A DNA stretch of 64,000 nt, from NCBI GenBank assembly GCA_030295235.1, contig AP026123.1, forward strand, positions 868,001-932,000. Reading direction: 5' to 3'. Positions 26,393-37,919 of this stretch are shown in pieces. The notes beneath the pieces were generated by a model, which saw nothing but the letters and a program-made list of their open reading frames with translations, had not been told where the DNA came from and made no database searches. Each line of letters begins with the position of its first letter. Position 1 is the first letter of the stretch. A program made the translations under genes and the position numbers. The stretch comes from Fistulifera solaris (Eukaryota).

Positions 26393-28756
26393 ATGAAAGA
26401 TCTTTACTTGATTCTTTACAATAGCGCTTGCTGCGTCGGTTGGGCCGGAGTTTTGGGCTTGTCTCTCTTCTCCCTCGTTTCCTCCGACAAGGCTAGCCTT
26501 ACCGACAAACTGGCAGAAATTCACGGATTTCAAGAAGTCTCGTTGCTTCTTACTATCTCTCAAACGGCGGCGCTCCTCGAAATTGTTCATGCGATTCTCG
26601 GATTGGTTCGATCGCCTGTCATGGTGACTTTTATGCAAGTGATGAGTCGCATTGTGGCCCTGGTTGCCGTCGAACAGTCGATTGATGCGCAGAGTAAGTG
26701 AAAGTAATGTCGGGTGTATCATTAATTCTTATCTTGACCTGACAAATCATCGTTTAGCGCAATGGGGTGCCGGTTTGATGATCCTTTCCTGGTCCATGGT
26801 AGAAGTTCCTCGTTACGCCTTTTATTTGGCAGCCATTGTCACCGGTGACGCTACCAAAAGACTCCTTATCCATTGTTCTGGCTCCGATACTCTCTCTTTG
26901 CAATTCTCTATCCAACGGGGATTGTGGGAGAACTTACGGTATTCTTTGCGGCCGCCAAAGATCCAGTCTTTACCACCCCCGCCATTGCTTTCTTTTATGG
27001 CAAGCTCCTATTTGCCGTCTATGTCGTAGGCTCGCCTTTCATGATCATGAACATGGTCGCGAATCGCAAGAGTGCTTTCAAGAAGCGATTCGCCAAACCG
27101 CCTCCGCCGCCCCGTGGGTTGTGCTGGCCCGTTGATAAAAAAGGCGAACGCTCTTCTACCGAAGTCAACCGGGCAATTGTGGCGGCCGCGCTCTCGGCCA
27201 TGGACGAATCTTTGGGTCAGAAATGTCTCAAAGAGCGTGGTTGGCGCTTCGGCTATGTCAAGCACTTGCGAGCCATGGTGGAAGCGCAGTGTGCGTCGCC
27301 GGAGGCAGCGATCCAGTCCGCTCAGGCCGGTCTCGATAAAGCCTACGAATTATTCGAGTTTGTGTATCCGGACGGAAAAGCGGTCTCGTTCAAGGAAGCC
27401 ATGTCGGCCAAGAATTCGGAAAAGTATCATACGGGATTTGTGCAAGGAGAAGGATCGTCGAAGAAAGACAAATTGGAAGTTCCTTACAATGGCAAACAGC
27501 TCTCGGGACAGGAGCTCAAAGACCAAGTCCAGGCATGGGTCGATTACGGAACTATCGAACCGAGTGCCGGAGAAGCCATTATCAAATGCGTCGACAATCC
27601 CAAGTGGTTCAGTGAAGAATTCAGTAAACGATATTTTGTCTTGTTGGGCGCCGGTTCCGCTATGGGTCCTTTGAAAGTCCTTTTGGCGCTCGGCGCCAAC
27701 GTGATTGCGGTGGATTTGGATCGTCCCGGTATCTGGAAGCACTTGATTGGTCTTGCCAAAGAGTCCACGGGTACTATGACATTCCCATTGAAAGAAGATC
27801 CTGCCACATTCGATGTCAAAAATGAAGATGCCCTTTGTGAACGCGCGGGTTGCAATCTCTTCACCAATACTCCCTTAATTCGCGACTGGTTGCTGGACTT
27901 GTATCCGGGCAAATCGTTCACTGTGGGAAGTTATGCGTACTTGGATGGAGCTCTTCACGTGCAGGTTTCGCTGGCAATGGACGCCATTACCCGAGATTTG
28001 ACCGAAAAGCGCAAAAACACGAGCCTTGCTTATTTGTGCACCCCTACCGATCTACACCTTATCCCCAAGGAGGCTCACGATGCGGCAGCTGCTAATCTTA
28101 AGGAATTCTCGAAGAAGCCATACTGTAAGTATTTTGGAGGAATTTCTGTTGCTCATTGGGAATTTCTTTTACTCAACCGTTTTGTTTTAGGTATGTTCTT
28201 GAGCTTGCTAGGAGGCGGGAAGTTCCTGCGCTCCAACGTCAAGAAACCGGTTTCAGGAAAGGGCGGAGATTACTACTTGGTGAATGGTATTAGTGTGGCT
28301 CAGGGACCCAACTACGCTTTGGCAAAGCGAATGCAGCACTGGCGAGCCATTATTGCACGTAGCAAGGGGTGCATCGTCTCGTCCAATATTGCCCCTTCTA
28401 CGTCTACTGTGTCGGTTGTCCATAATAGAACCTTTGCTTGGGCGTATGAGGGCATGCCTTACTTCAAACCGTTCGAGATCGCCACTCCTGATTTGTCCAA
28501 GGCGGTCATGTTGGCTCTTTTAGCATACGACCTGAACGACCCGAGCAGTGCCGCGAACCCTAAAACTGCGCTCAGCAACCCCAACCAGCTTTTCTCGTAT
28601 GGCTCATTCCACGGAGGACTTTGGCGTTGTGCTTATGAGGTTGATAGTATCGGAGAGGCTTCCGTATTGCTTTATTTCGCTCGCGTCGCAAAACCATACG
28701 TCATGGGGGTCGGTGCTCTTGCTGTCGCGGTAGCTGCTTATGCTTTTGGAAAGTAA
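26393..28756 (+). CDS. 3-hydroxyacyl-CoA dehydratase (HACD/PTPLA/PHS1) fused to a C-terminal Rossmann/SDR-like domain
   Basis: PTPLA motifs YLILYN, QTAALLEIVH..LGLVRS, MQVMSR, SWSMVEVPRY and WLRYSLF.ILYP.G..GE. These continue in frame into ~500 aa with LLGAGSAMGP, VIAVDL and NYALAK. Introns at 26694-26757 and 28125-28190. Frameshift at ~26860. Confidence 0.85.
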
Positions 28757-28882
28757 ACTACGGTGACATGCAATGTAGTCGTGCTATTCTATACATAACT
28801 TTCTATTATTTGTTTTCGAAGAAAGCTATTTTATTAAGTGCGTAAGTAAACTACAAAGACAACGCAGAATTGCGACAAGAAA

Positions 28883-30187
28883 TCAGGAATTCTCGGCCAA
28901 AACAGCTGTCGCCTCCTCGAGGGCGTTTATTACTATGCCGCTCGCTGCTCGAGTGAGCCGGTCTTTGACAGCCAACTCCAATGCATCACTAGAATCCGGT
29001 AATTCCGGAAACAGAACGTAGCTAGCGCCAGGAACTTGCTCCGCCCATCGTAGAGTATCAAAGACAGTCTGCGCCGCGGCACTAGATGATCCATCCGGTG
29101 TCAAATCACGGTATGCCAAGCAGTGATCCTTCCAGTGAGCCAGCTGTCCGCCATAGTCGATCACAACAGAATGTGACAAAAGCTCAGCTCTCAATTCACT
29201 CTTCACACAAGCTGGTGATAAGAGAAAGCTAGGAATATTGGGTGAATAGTGCCGAATTGTTTGACCTGGTGCAACATTGGCTACGTCGTCTTTCGTCGCT
29301 CGTTTTAGTTTGGCTACCACCTCAACGGGAAGGCCAGTCAAAGAATCCTTCAAAGTGTGTACCGATACAGCGCCCTGCCGTAAGACAGTTAATAAATACC
29401 CACCCTCTTGTGTCTCCTCCAGTTTCGCCACAGTGCTTTCTACGCCTACATCACAACACGGGCCTTCCTGACCTTCGGTTTCCAAAATCCAAACATCTTC
29501 GTATTGCAAATCATCAAAGACGTGTTGCGCCGTAGTCGGGGAGACGTGACCGAATTTATTGGCACTGGGTGCAGCTATGGGCACTTGCGCCGCTTCCAGG
29601 AGGGCACGCGCTGTCGAATGTGACGGGGAACGACACGCACAATAACCGGTGCCCGCCATGATGGTACTCGGCACTTTACTATTCGCTTCCGCCACCAAGG
29701 TCAAAGGTCCCGGCCAAAAATCGTTACACAGTTTACTCAATATCGGGTTTTCTTGTTTCCAAAGCGAGAATGCATCCCGTGGTTCCAAAACGTGCACAAT
29801 CAGTGGGTCCGTGAGGGGACGTTCTTTTGCCGCAAACACTTTGGCGACCGCTTCAACGTCGAGCGCGTGACATCCTAAACCGTAGACAGTTTCTGTCGGA
29901 AAAGCAACCAGCTCGCCGAGTCGGAGACGCTCCCCACAGACAGATATATCATTTAATATTTTTGCCTTTATTTGAGGTCTTGGTTTCGATGTATCGACAC
30001 TGTTATCGATTGTGGTGTTGAAAGCAGTATCACTGATGGAAGCTGCTGCGACCATGATGGAATTTGCTAAGCCCGGTTTTCTACTAAATGATCGTATTAT
30101 AGGTGAAATTGAAAATGAACAAGACCCGACGATCAACATAAGGCTCACGAACAGAGCCGAGAATACAGAAAGAATGTTCTTGATCAT
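28883..30187 (-). CDS. SUA5: Sua5/YrdC threonylcarbamoyl-AMP synthase, organelle-targeted
   Basis: Motifs VAFPTETVYGLG, AKERP..DPLIVH, FWPGPLTLV, AAPSANKFG..SPT, GVESTV and APG...RHYSP, with a Sua5 C-terminal domain. Signal-like N-terminus from MIKNIL. Confidence 0.92.
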   Translation of the reverse strand: MIKNILSVFSALFVSLMLIVGSCSFSISPIIRSFSRKPGLANSIMVAAASISDTAFNTTIDNSVDTSKPRPQIKAKILNDISVCGERLRLGELVAFPTETVYGLGCHALDVEAVAKVFAAKERPLTDPLIVHVLEPRDAFSLWKQENPILSKLCNDFWPGPLTLVAEANSKVPSTIMAGTGYCACRSPSHSTARALLEAAQVPIAAPSANKFGHVSPTTAQHVFDDLQYEDVWILETEGQEGPCCDVGVESTVAKLEETQEGGYLLTVLRQGAVSVHTLKDSLTGLPVEVVAKLKRATKDDVANVAPGQTIRHYSPNIPSFLLSPACVKSELRAELLSHSVVIDYGGQLAHWKDHCLAYRDLTPDGSSSAAAQTVFDTLRWAEQVPGASYVLFPELPDSSDALELAVKDRLTRAASGIVINALEEATAVLAENS

Positions 30188-30630
30188 GCGCCTGCTTACA
30201 AATGCACACCCTTCCAGCTCGCTGCACTTGTTTCGACTTTTCGAGAAACTAGCGATGTAGAATAATAGTATGTGGTCTAGTTGACGAGCGTGCCGGGCTA
30301 AAACGAATGAATTGTCGGCAGGCACATTCGTCAAAACAAAAACAATGAGCGCAGAACAAAAGTTTTTGCCGCATTTTCGTGGTGGTGTTTTGCGTGTTTC
30401 GATGAAAGACAAGGAAACGTGCTCACGACAGACGGACTAATGATTTTACTATAGCTCAAAGAGATGGTTCCAAAATTTCCGACTGAACTCGATTTCAGTC
30501 CCGACAGAGAGCGACTATGTTTGCTCCGTAGTAGTTCACTGAGCCTAGACGTTTTTTTTTAAATAAATGGTGGTTCATAGCAATAGATGACAACAAACTT
30601 ACGTATTATCTTGTGCTGTAAAACGTCATT

Positions 30631-32035
30631 CTAGAGAGTATTGAGAGCTGAAGACCACCATTCTGGTATGGGGGCTTCGATTCTCTCTCCTCCTGAGAAG
30701 GGGATTTGAATGGAAGCGGCATGTAGAAAAAAGCTGTGTGGTGTCCCCGCATGTTGAATCAGTTTGTTAGAAAAACTCCCATCTCCGCCATACAACGGAT
30801 CACCGATGATGGGAGACTTCAGGACCTCAGCCGCGTGGACTCGAACTTGATGCTTTCTGCCCGTCAGCGTTTCCATCTCTACTAACGATGCCTCGTCGAA
30901 GCTCTTCATCACACGGTATTTTGATTGAGCTACATGACCCGACACGGGAGAATCAATGAGAATCGGGGTCTCCTGCTGTGAATTCCATTGAACTGACGGA
31001 CTAACCAGACAAAAGTACTTTTTGATACTTGTCGAAGAAAGAACTCCGTCACCAACTGCGCGTGGGCCCCATCGCTTTTTGCGATAGCTAGGCATCCGGA
31101 TGTGCCGCGATCAAGTCGATGAACAAGACCTCGAGCTTCGGAATTGATTGTTGAAAGGGGTAAATTGACGTGCAGCAAAGCCTCCTCGAGACTAACATCA
31201 GCATTTCCTTTCCCTTTCTTAACTTTCCCTGCTGTGGTAGAATGCTTATGAAAGCACGCAATTCCGCTCGGTTTGCTGATAATAAACATGTGTTCTGTTT
31301 CCAACAATACACGGAAATCGGAACCCAAAATGTCTTGTAACTGACTTTCGACACTAGCTGCTGATGTCGCTTCTGCCTTTCGACGCGCAGCGGCCATAGA
31401 TTTTCTGCGTTTCGAACCAGCTTGCTTTTTGCTGTTACGCACGGCTAAGTCTAAAATGCTTTCTGCAACTGCTTGCATTTCGTCATTCCCGTGCAATAAA
31501 CAAGTATATACGAGACACATCGTTACAATATCTGGTTGTATTCCGCTTTCGTCGGCCAAATGCTGCCATTCATTCCACAAATCATGAGCATAAGAAGTAT
31601 TGTTCTGAAAGCAGCATAAGCCTAAGCAAGCATTTAAAATGCTAGCGGCTTGTCCCCTTTGCTCGCAAAGGTACCGAATGTTTGTGACACCAACTCCGCG
31701 GGAGTGATGGGGCTCGTTTGTAAATCGACGTTCAGGTTCAGCACCGCGTCCGTCTCTCCTCTTTCGTAAGCACTGTGTATCATTGCTGTTAAATCCCTGT
31801 TGTTTTCTAATAAAACCGTGGAATCGATATCATCTTTGAAAGATGAAAAAGTTCGGAATGTAGTCGATTGGTGCTCGAAGTGACGAAATGGTATCGAGTG
31901 GAACCATCGCTGCTTTTTACTGACACGTCTAATGCGAGGAGAACAGAAACCCCATGTCAAGTTCAAACGTAGCATCGTCAAAAGGTACGCAACAACAAAG
32001 AGTTTTATCCTCCACGACAATGAAACCGCCATCAC
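30631..32035 (-). CDS. RluA-family RNA pseudouridine synthase
   Basis: Motifs ISKPSG, catalytic LVHRLDRGTSG, TGRKHQVRVH, PIIGDPLYG and LHAA. Three ORFs are joined by frameshifts. Signal-like N-terminus. Confidence 0.88.
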
Positions 32036-32289
32036 AATAATGTCTTTGCGTGGAAGAGAAAATAACAGGCGATTTTCTTAACTTTTATCAGTCTCACTTT
32101 GCCATGCAGCTAACTTTTATACTTGCAGGGTCAAGGCAAAGTGTTTCTCATTGAAGCTAACGCCACAAGGTCAGATCCATTTGAAAAAAAATCGCATGAA
32201 TGCCAGCAGCGATCACATTATTTTTACAATAGATACGGCGAGGACACACATAAACGCAGATTATTTTTCCTTGTAACCACACACTCACA

Positions 32290-32596
32290 CAGATTTTCGG
32301 GACAATCGTGAAAATAGTAGACCTATACGCCCAGATTTTCGGGAAAAGCGTGAAAATAGCACACGCCCAGATTTTCGGGACAAGTGAAAATAGCACTCTC
32401 CCAGATTTTCGGGAGACGTGAAAATAGCACACCCCCAGATTTTCGGGACAAGTGAAAACAGCACTCGCCCAGATTTTCGGGACAACTGAAAATAGCACTT
32501 GCCCGGATTTTCGGGAGACGTGGAAACAACACTCTCCCAGATTTTCGGGACAAGTGAAAATAGCACTCACACAGATTTTCGGGAGACGTGAAAACA
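32290..32596. repeat. 34-bp minisatellite, ~9 copies
   Basis: C(A/G)GATTTTCGGGA core at 32290, 32332, 32368, 32402, 32436, 32470, 32504, 32538 and 32572. Confidence 0.95.
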
Positions 32597-32775
32597 ATTG
32601 TCCCACAGGTTTTTTTTGGTGTAGGCTTACGTCACACTTCTTATCCAGGCCGCCGCGACCATGACCTCTGCTATTCATTCATTCATGCCGATTGCATGAT
32701 TTTCGCGATGAAGTAACTAGTAAGCGTGTGATTCCAGTCCTCACTGCATTGCACGTGACACGTGACTAGTGAAAA

Positions 32776-33456
32776 ATGAAAAGCGTCTACTCGTTATTAT
32801 GTATTAACGTTGGTCTTGTTAGCGGCTTCCAGTTGACATCATTCTTAAGATCGCCTGCCTTGCATCATTGTGTTGACTTGGATGATGCATTTGCTATGCC
32901 TGTCAAGAATACGAGACGACAATTTCTTGCCTTTGTTACTGCTGTCGCAACATATCCTGTTCTTTCACAGTCTGCTGATGCTTCTTCTGAGACTGTGTTC
33001 AAACGACAAACTGATAGATTTTCTTACCTCTTTGAACCCCCGACGGACTGGGCTCCGCAGAACAAACCGCTGAAAACACACTTGGATGAAGTAAATTTCA
33101 AAAGTCCTTCGATCAGCAAGTACGAGTATGGTATTACGGTTGATCCCGTTCGCATCAAATCTTTGCGCGAGTTTGGAACACCAGCCGAGGTCGCAGCAAA
33201 AGTGGTGCTTTCCGAATTGAATCGGGACGGCGTCTTTGATGTTACCTTGGCGGAAGATGCGTTTGCCGCAGACAATGATGCTTATTACCAGCTCAATTAT
33301 ACCAGCAAGGGGAAACGAGGCGAGAAGCGATTCATCACCAAGTTTTATGTGCGAGACCAAATGTTATTTGCCCTTACTGCGCAGTGTCTTGACTCGGACT
33401 ACGGAAAGCTACGAAATGAAATTACAAAGACAGTCGACTCGTTTAGAATAGAATGA
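32776..33456 (+). CDS. PsbP-domain thylakoid lumen protein
   Basis: Signal + SGF, twin-arginine RRQFL with a hydrophobic segment and A-x-A site, then FSYLFEPPTDW, ITVDPVRIKSLREFGTP and YYQLNY typical of PsbP-like proteins. Confidence 0.85.
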   Translation: MKSVYSLLCINVGLVSGFQLTSFLRSPALHHCVDLDDAFAMPVKNTRRQFLAFVTAVATYPVLSQSADASSETVFKRQTDRFSYLFEPPTDWAPQNKPLKTHLDEVNFKSPSISKYEYGITVDPVRIKSLREFGTPAEVAAKVVLSELNRDGVFDVTLAEDAFAADNDAYYQLNYTSKGKRGEKRFITKFYVRDQMLFALTAQCLDSDYGKLRNEITKTVDSFRIE

Positions 33457-33921
33457 GTGGTAAATGCTCGAAAAAAAAACAGCTAAGGTGGGCATTGGCT
33501 TGCTGGCAATGATCATCCGTGATACCAACGAGGGACGAACGGAAAGTAGCTAAGATCAAGCGGTACTTCCTATAGACTGAAGGTTGCCTTCTAATTAGCT
33601 GAACGACGAAAACATGTGTGCCGTTGCCATTGCTCTTCATTACCTCGACCTTCTAGTTCTGGAGACGACTAGTTTAGTTTTTCCGCGACACCCGATCAAC
33701 GATCAACGTGTATGTGACTGTGCGCCGTACGTATCGGAAATTTATTACTCCGTACCTGGTATTCCGTATAACGGATTACGTATCTCGTCCCTCATCGTCC
33801 GAATGCCGAAACAAATCGACAAAGACAAAAGCGACGCGAAAAGTTGAAGACACAAAAAGCAAGCAATCTGAGTGTTACTTCTCTGTTTTCCGTTTTCTTC
33901 GTATTTAGAAGCTATACAACA

Positions 33922-34454
33922 ATGAGCCGAAAGCGTCCTGCGTCTGACGGTAGAATTCAGCTCACCATTCTTACTTTCTGCCGGAGGCAAAGAAGAGGTA
34001 AGAAATTCTCTCGCGTCATTTTGCGATTAAGAAGCGTCGCATTCCCACCGTTACGTCTTCGTAGATCGAAATTAGTCTTTCTAAATCACTAAAAGAACTA
34101 AAGGAGCAAGTCTCGTCCATGGCCTCTCTCGGTTCCATTCCGAGCACATATCAGCGCGTGTTTTACCTTGGCAAAGAATTGAAAAGCGGAGGGCGATCGC
34201 TTGAAGCCCTTGGGGTAGGTTGCCATGGAATTAACGTGATACATGTGCACAACAACAAACCGAGGGAAGGCTATCCGCTTCCAGCGAACCGAAGAGCTAA
34301 GACGGCCAGAAAAACCGTTTTAGCTAGAGAACATAACCGTCGACATCCTATAGAAGTTGTCGATTTGGCTACGGATGATGATGATGACAACGACGATGAA
34401 ATCGTAGTACAAGACGATAATGATGAAGTGTGTATCATAGACATCACCGAGTAA
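33922..34454 (+). CDS. Small ubiquitin-like-domain protein with acidic SIM-like tail
   Basis: ATG 33922, intron from ~33998, IPSTYQRVFYLGKELKSGGRSLEALGV (ubiquitin-fold C-half) and tail IEVVDLATDDDD / VCIIDITE. Confidence 0.55.
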
Positions 34455-34649
34455 GCGAATCTCGAGAGTAGAAGCCGAAAGGATCATAAGAGCGAGAAGA
34501 TAAGATAGGAGAAGCATTTTCGCACGAAGGTCTGCTGCGTCCTACGCTTCTAATAGATTTGTGAGATTCGCTGCGAGCATATGCTAAAAATGTAGACCCT
34601 TATTAATGTACATCGAAGTGCATGATACTTGATATTTTGCCTCAAATAG

Positions 34650-35297
34650 CTACAAATCCTTTTCGGGTGATTCGGTTCTCGCCGTGCCCGCTTTTTTCTG
34701 TTCGCGACGCATTTTCATTTTCTCTTTCCATTGCCGTAAGTCAGAGCTTGTCATAGCTTGGCCATTGATATTGATGGTTAGAGAATCACTCTCCATGAGA
34801 AACTTAGCGGCTTTTTGTAACAAACTCCGTCCGATCCTGGTAATCGCCGCTTTGAATTGACGCTGTGTCCATGACAGTTCACTATCCGAACCAAACAACT
34901 TTTCAATTAACATGTCAACGGCCTGTCCTGTTTCCAAGTACTCTTCAAACATTTCAAAGAACATATCTTCCGCATTTTGCATCTTTTCTTCAAATCCACT
35001 ATCCCCACTGAATTGGAAGGATGGCTTGCCACTACTGCCACCCTGCAGCACTTCGTACGCCTCGGCGACTCGAACAAACTGCTCATTGGAGCCTCCCTTG
35101 TCGGGGTGAGTTTCCAAACTTCGTTTCCGATACGCATTTTTAATGTCCTTTTCCGAGTATTTCCGATTGGGTGGAAGGCCGAGTTCTTTCAAGGCCTCGG
35201 AGCGCGTCATTCTCGCCAGAGCGAGATGGCGAAGCGAACAGAAGCATATTAGAATAAAGAGAAGGCTCCTTCTGAACCACATAATCGAATGAAGCAA
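34650..35297 (-). CDS. DnaJ (Hsp40) domain protein with signal peptide
   Basis: J-domain IKNAYRKRSLETHPDKGG...F.RVAEAYEVL. Start probably at the MWFRR methionine. Confidence 0.88.
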   Translation of the reverse strand: MLHSIMWFRRSLLFILICFCSLRHLALARMTRSEALKELGLPPNRKYSEKDIKNAYRKRSLETHPDKGGSNEQFVRVAEAYEVLQGGSSGKPSFQFSGDSGFEEKMQNAEDMFFEMFEEYLETGQAVDMLIEKLFGSDSELSWTQRQFKAAITRIGRSLLQKAAKFLMESDSLTININGQAMTSSDLRQWKEKMKMRREQKKAGTARTESPEKDL

Positions 35298-35848
35298 TGA
35301 ATACTAAGCTCCTATAGAAAGTAATAGACTTGAATGACTTTCAAAATTTATGAAAATATCGAAAAATAAAACGCACCGACGACGACGATGCTGTCGATCT
35401 TCCAATCATTCGGTACACGGTAAGACATTTATCTGTTTCTAGCATAGGACGGCCAATACCGGAATCAAAAAGACAGACCAAAAAATGAAAACAGCCGAAA
35501 AAAGGTCAAAGGCCGCGCATTGATTCGACACAACATCAAACCAAATAAATAAAAGCTTGTTACGTCGAGTAGCTTGATCATTCACTTGACAAAGCAGCGC
35601 TCCACATATCTCTTGCGCAAGAAGGCGCAAGAAGGCGCAAGAAGGAAAAGAAGAGTAAATTATCGAGACGTCGGGGGTCGAAACATCGACAGTGTCAAGA
35701 ACAAAAACCGGACGACGAGCGCGGTATCCATGTGGGCAAACAGAGGCTCTACTTTGACTGCTTTATTGACATTATCGGTTTCAACGATCCCTTTATACGT
35801 CCGATCCTTCGAAAAATTTGTAAGACCGAGGAGAAACTTGTTCAAAAA

Positions 35849-36805
35849 ATGTCGGCGCATGCGAGAGACTCATCCCCGCCGCTGATTGATGTTGATTGCA
35901 ATCTCAACCACAAGGATCTCAAGCCGCTTTTTGACGAAGCTAGCGACCTTCCGCCTCCCTTTCAAATTCTGCAACAAGATGCAATCGAAAAGGCGAACAT
36001 TGTGGCCGTTCTGTCACCCAGCAGTACGATTGACGAAGCCAAGATTCTTCTGGAGTTGTTACCGGCCAGTTCGGCATTGCCATCGATACGCACAACTGTA
36101 GGGGTTCATCCGTATCACGTGATCGATGAAGGACCTTCTTTAGAACAGCAAATGAAGAAGTGTGTTGAGCTTCTGGAGAAGTATTCGTGTCACATTGCAG
36201 CAGTGGGTGAATGTGGAATTGACACATCGGATGGCTTTCCTCCGATTGAAGAACAAGTTCCCTGGTTCCAGGCACAGATTGCTCTGGCAGAACAGTTTCG
36301 AAAGCCCCTTTTCGTACACGAGCGTTTCGCTCATCAAAAGACGATGGAACTATTGGCTGATTGCACCGTCCCTGTCATCATTCACTGCTTTACCGGCAAT
36401 CTCGAAGAATGTCAGGCTTACGTGGAACGTGGCTACTACATTTCTGTTTCGGGGTTTATCTGCAAAGATACGGAGGAAGCACTCAACACACTCAACTGTT
36501 TGCACATTGTGCCACTTGATCGTCTCATGCTTGAGACAGACGCTCCGTATATGGGATTTCGTGGTTGTAGAGATCTCTATCTCGAGAAGCATCCAGAATC
36601 ACTCGCAGAGCTCAACTCCAAAAGTCGGAAGCGGCTGACGAATACCTTCTATCCAAATGTTCCTTCCTCGTTGACGTTGGTTCTGGACCGAGTAGTGGAA
36701 ACTTTACAGCAAAGAAGCGATTTCGTTTCTCGTGATGAGGTGGCCTGGCAGACAAGCAAGAATGCGAATCGTTTCTTTCAGTTCAATTTAGAAGGTTTAG
36801 ACTGA
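35849..36805 (+). CDS. TatD-family DNase
   Basis: Motifs LIDVDCNL, TVGVHPY, AVGECGID, PLFVHER, IIHCFTG and LMLETDAPY. Start uncertain. Confidence 0.92.
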   Translation: MSAHARDSSPPLIDVDCNLNHKDLKPLFDEASDLPPPFQILQQDAIEKANIVAVLSPSSTIDEAKILLELLPASSALPSIRTTVGVHPYHVIDEGPSLEQQMKKCVELLEKYSCHIAAVGECGIDTSDGFPPIEEQVPWFQAQIALAEQFRKPLFVHERFAHQKTMELLADCTVPVIIHCFTGNLEECQAYVERGYYISVSGFICKDTEEALNTLNCLHIVPLDRLMLETDAPYMGFRGCRDLYLEKHPESLAELNSKSRKRLTNTFYPNVPSSLTLVLDRVVETLQQRSDFVSRDEVAWQTSKNANRFFQFNLEGLD

Positions 36806-36976
36806 AGTTGAGGGCAGTTTTAAATCTGAACCGTACGAATAGTCTGTCGAAAATGTTAATGAGGACATTAGCGATGCAAGTTGCCCCTCCTTGTCGGATC
36901 ATTGTGCGAGGCTGAGTTCAAACCGAAGGTTTCGCTTAACGCATGCTGTAGAAGCAAGTCGCTTAATGAAGTGTTA

Positions 36977-37639
36977 TCAACGAGCCCTTGGGCTAAAAAG
37001 AATGCGCTGCTGTAGTGACAACGAAGACAAGGTACTGATGTTGGATAATGCCCGCGGAACGGTGTTGATGTTGGGTAGCGTCAGTGGCACGCTATTTAAT
37101 TGACTGTTTACCTGAAAGTCCAGGAGATTCAACTGTCGGGGATAAGATATTGGTGGTACAAGTGCTCTCGGGTGTATTTGTTGAGTGTGAAGGTAACGAC
37201 AGGGGAGGCTTGCAGCTAGTTGACGAGATAGTGACTGCTGCTCATTTGCTGAGTGAAGCAGTGGTCGCTGGGGGAACAAAGATGAGGAAGGAGCGGACGC
37301 TATGGGCAGGGTGATCTGCAATGCTACTGCTTGATTATGCTGTGCGACTATCAATTGGGCCTGTCGCAGGAGCAATGTCAGTTGCGCATTGTGTGCTTTG
37401 ACCTTCTCGTTTCTCGCTATCCACTTATTCTTTTCAGCAATGAGGGTGACCATCTTCAGCTTCTTTCGGTAGTATTTCCTTTGAGAAATCAAAGAATTTC
37501 GCTTTTTTTGGATTTGAAGGTTACTCCTTTGCTTTTCGGAGTCGGTTGCATCGGCAATCAAGTTGTCCAGCTCTGAGATTTTCGTTTTTACTTCCTCTAC
37601 TGTATCATATCCCTCGTTGTTACCTAATGACTGCTCCAT
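36977..37639 (-). CDS. bZIP-like transcription factor
   Basis: Basic region KKRNSLISQRKYYRKK, then a heptad L......W......V......L zipper and a Q/P/S-rich tail. Confidence 0.55.
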   Translation of the reverse strand: MEQSLGNNEGYDTVEEVKTKISELDNLIADATDSEKQRSNLQIQKKRNSLISQRKYYRKKLKMVTLIAEKNKWIARNEKVKAHNAQLTLLLRQAQLIVAQHNQAVALQITLPIASAPSSSLFPQRPLLHSANEQQSLSRQLAASLPCRYLHTQQIHPRALVPPISYPRQLNLLDFQVNSQLNSVPLTLPNINTVPRALSNISTLSSLSLQQRILFSPRAR

Positions 37640-37919
37640 GTCATTAGAAACAAATTGAAAAGAGTCAACTCGAAAATAATCGCGCAGTTTCGTTGATTAG
37701 CGAGCGCCACCTTTGTTTTATGCATGATTTCCACTCTCCTCTCTGCGTTGTAGATTGAAGTTCGAAATTATGTGGGACATGAAGGTCCGTCACGAGGCAC
37801 CAGCTCATTCTTCGTTTTCAGTTTTCACACCTCAGTCTTCACTCACACATGAAGCGACGTTAGAATTCTGCCTCGCCGTAGGCTCTACGTAGAAATTTGT
37901 ACTGAGAGGCAGAATTTTA

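Noticed and set aside
32290..32596. 34-bp array as a CRISPR array
   Set aside because: Units are contiguous with no unique spacers, the context is eukaryotic, and there are no cas genes.
32157..32678. ORFs over minisatellites and satellites (also 22418-22680, 42311-42809, 45517-45987, 61046-62370)
   Set aside because: The translations simply mirror the DNA repeat in several frames and show no protein family signal.
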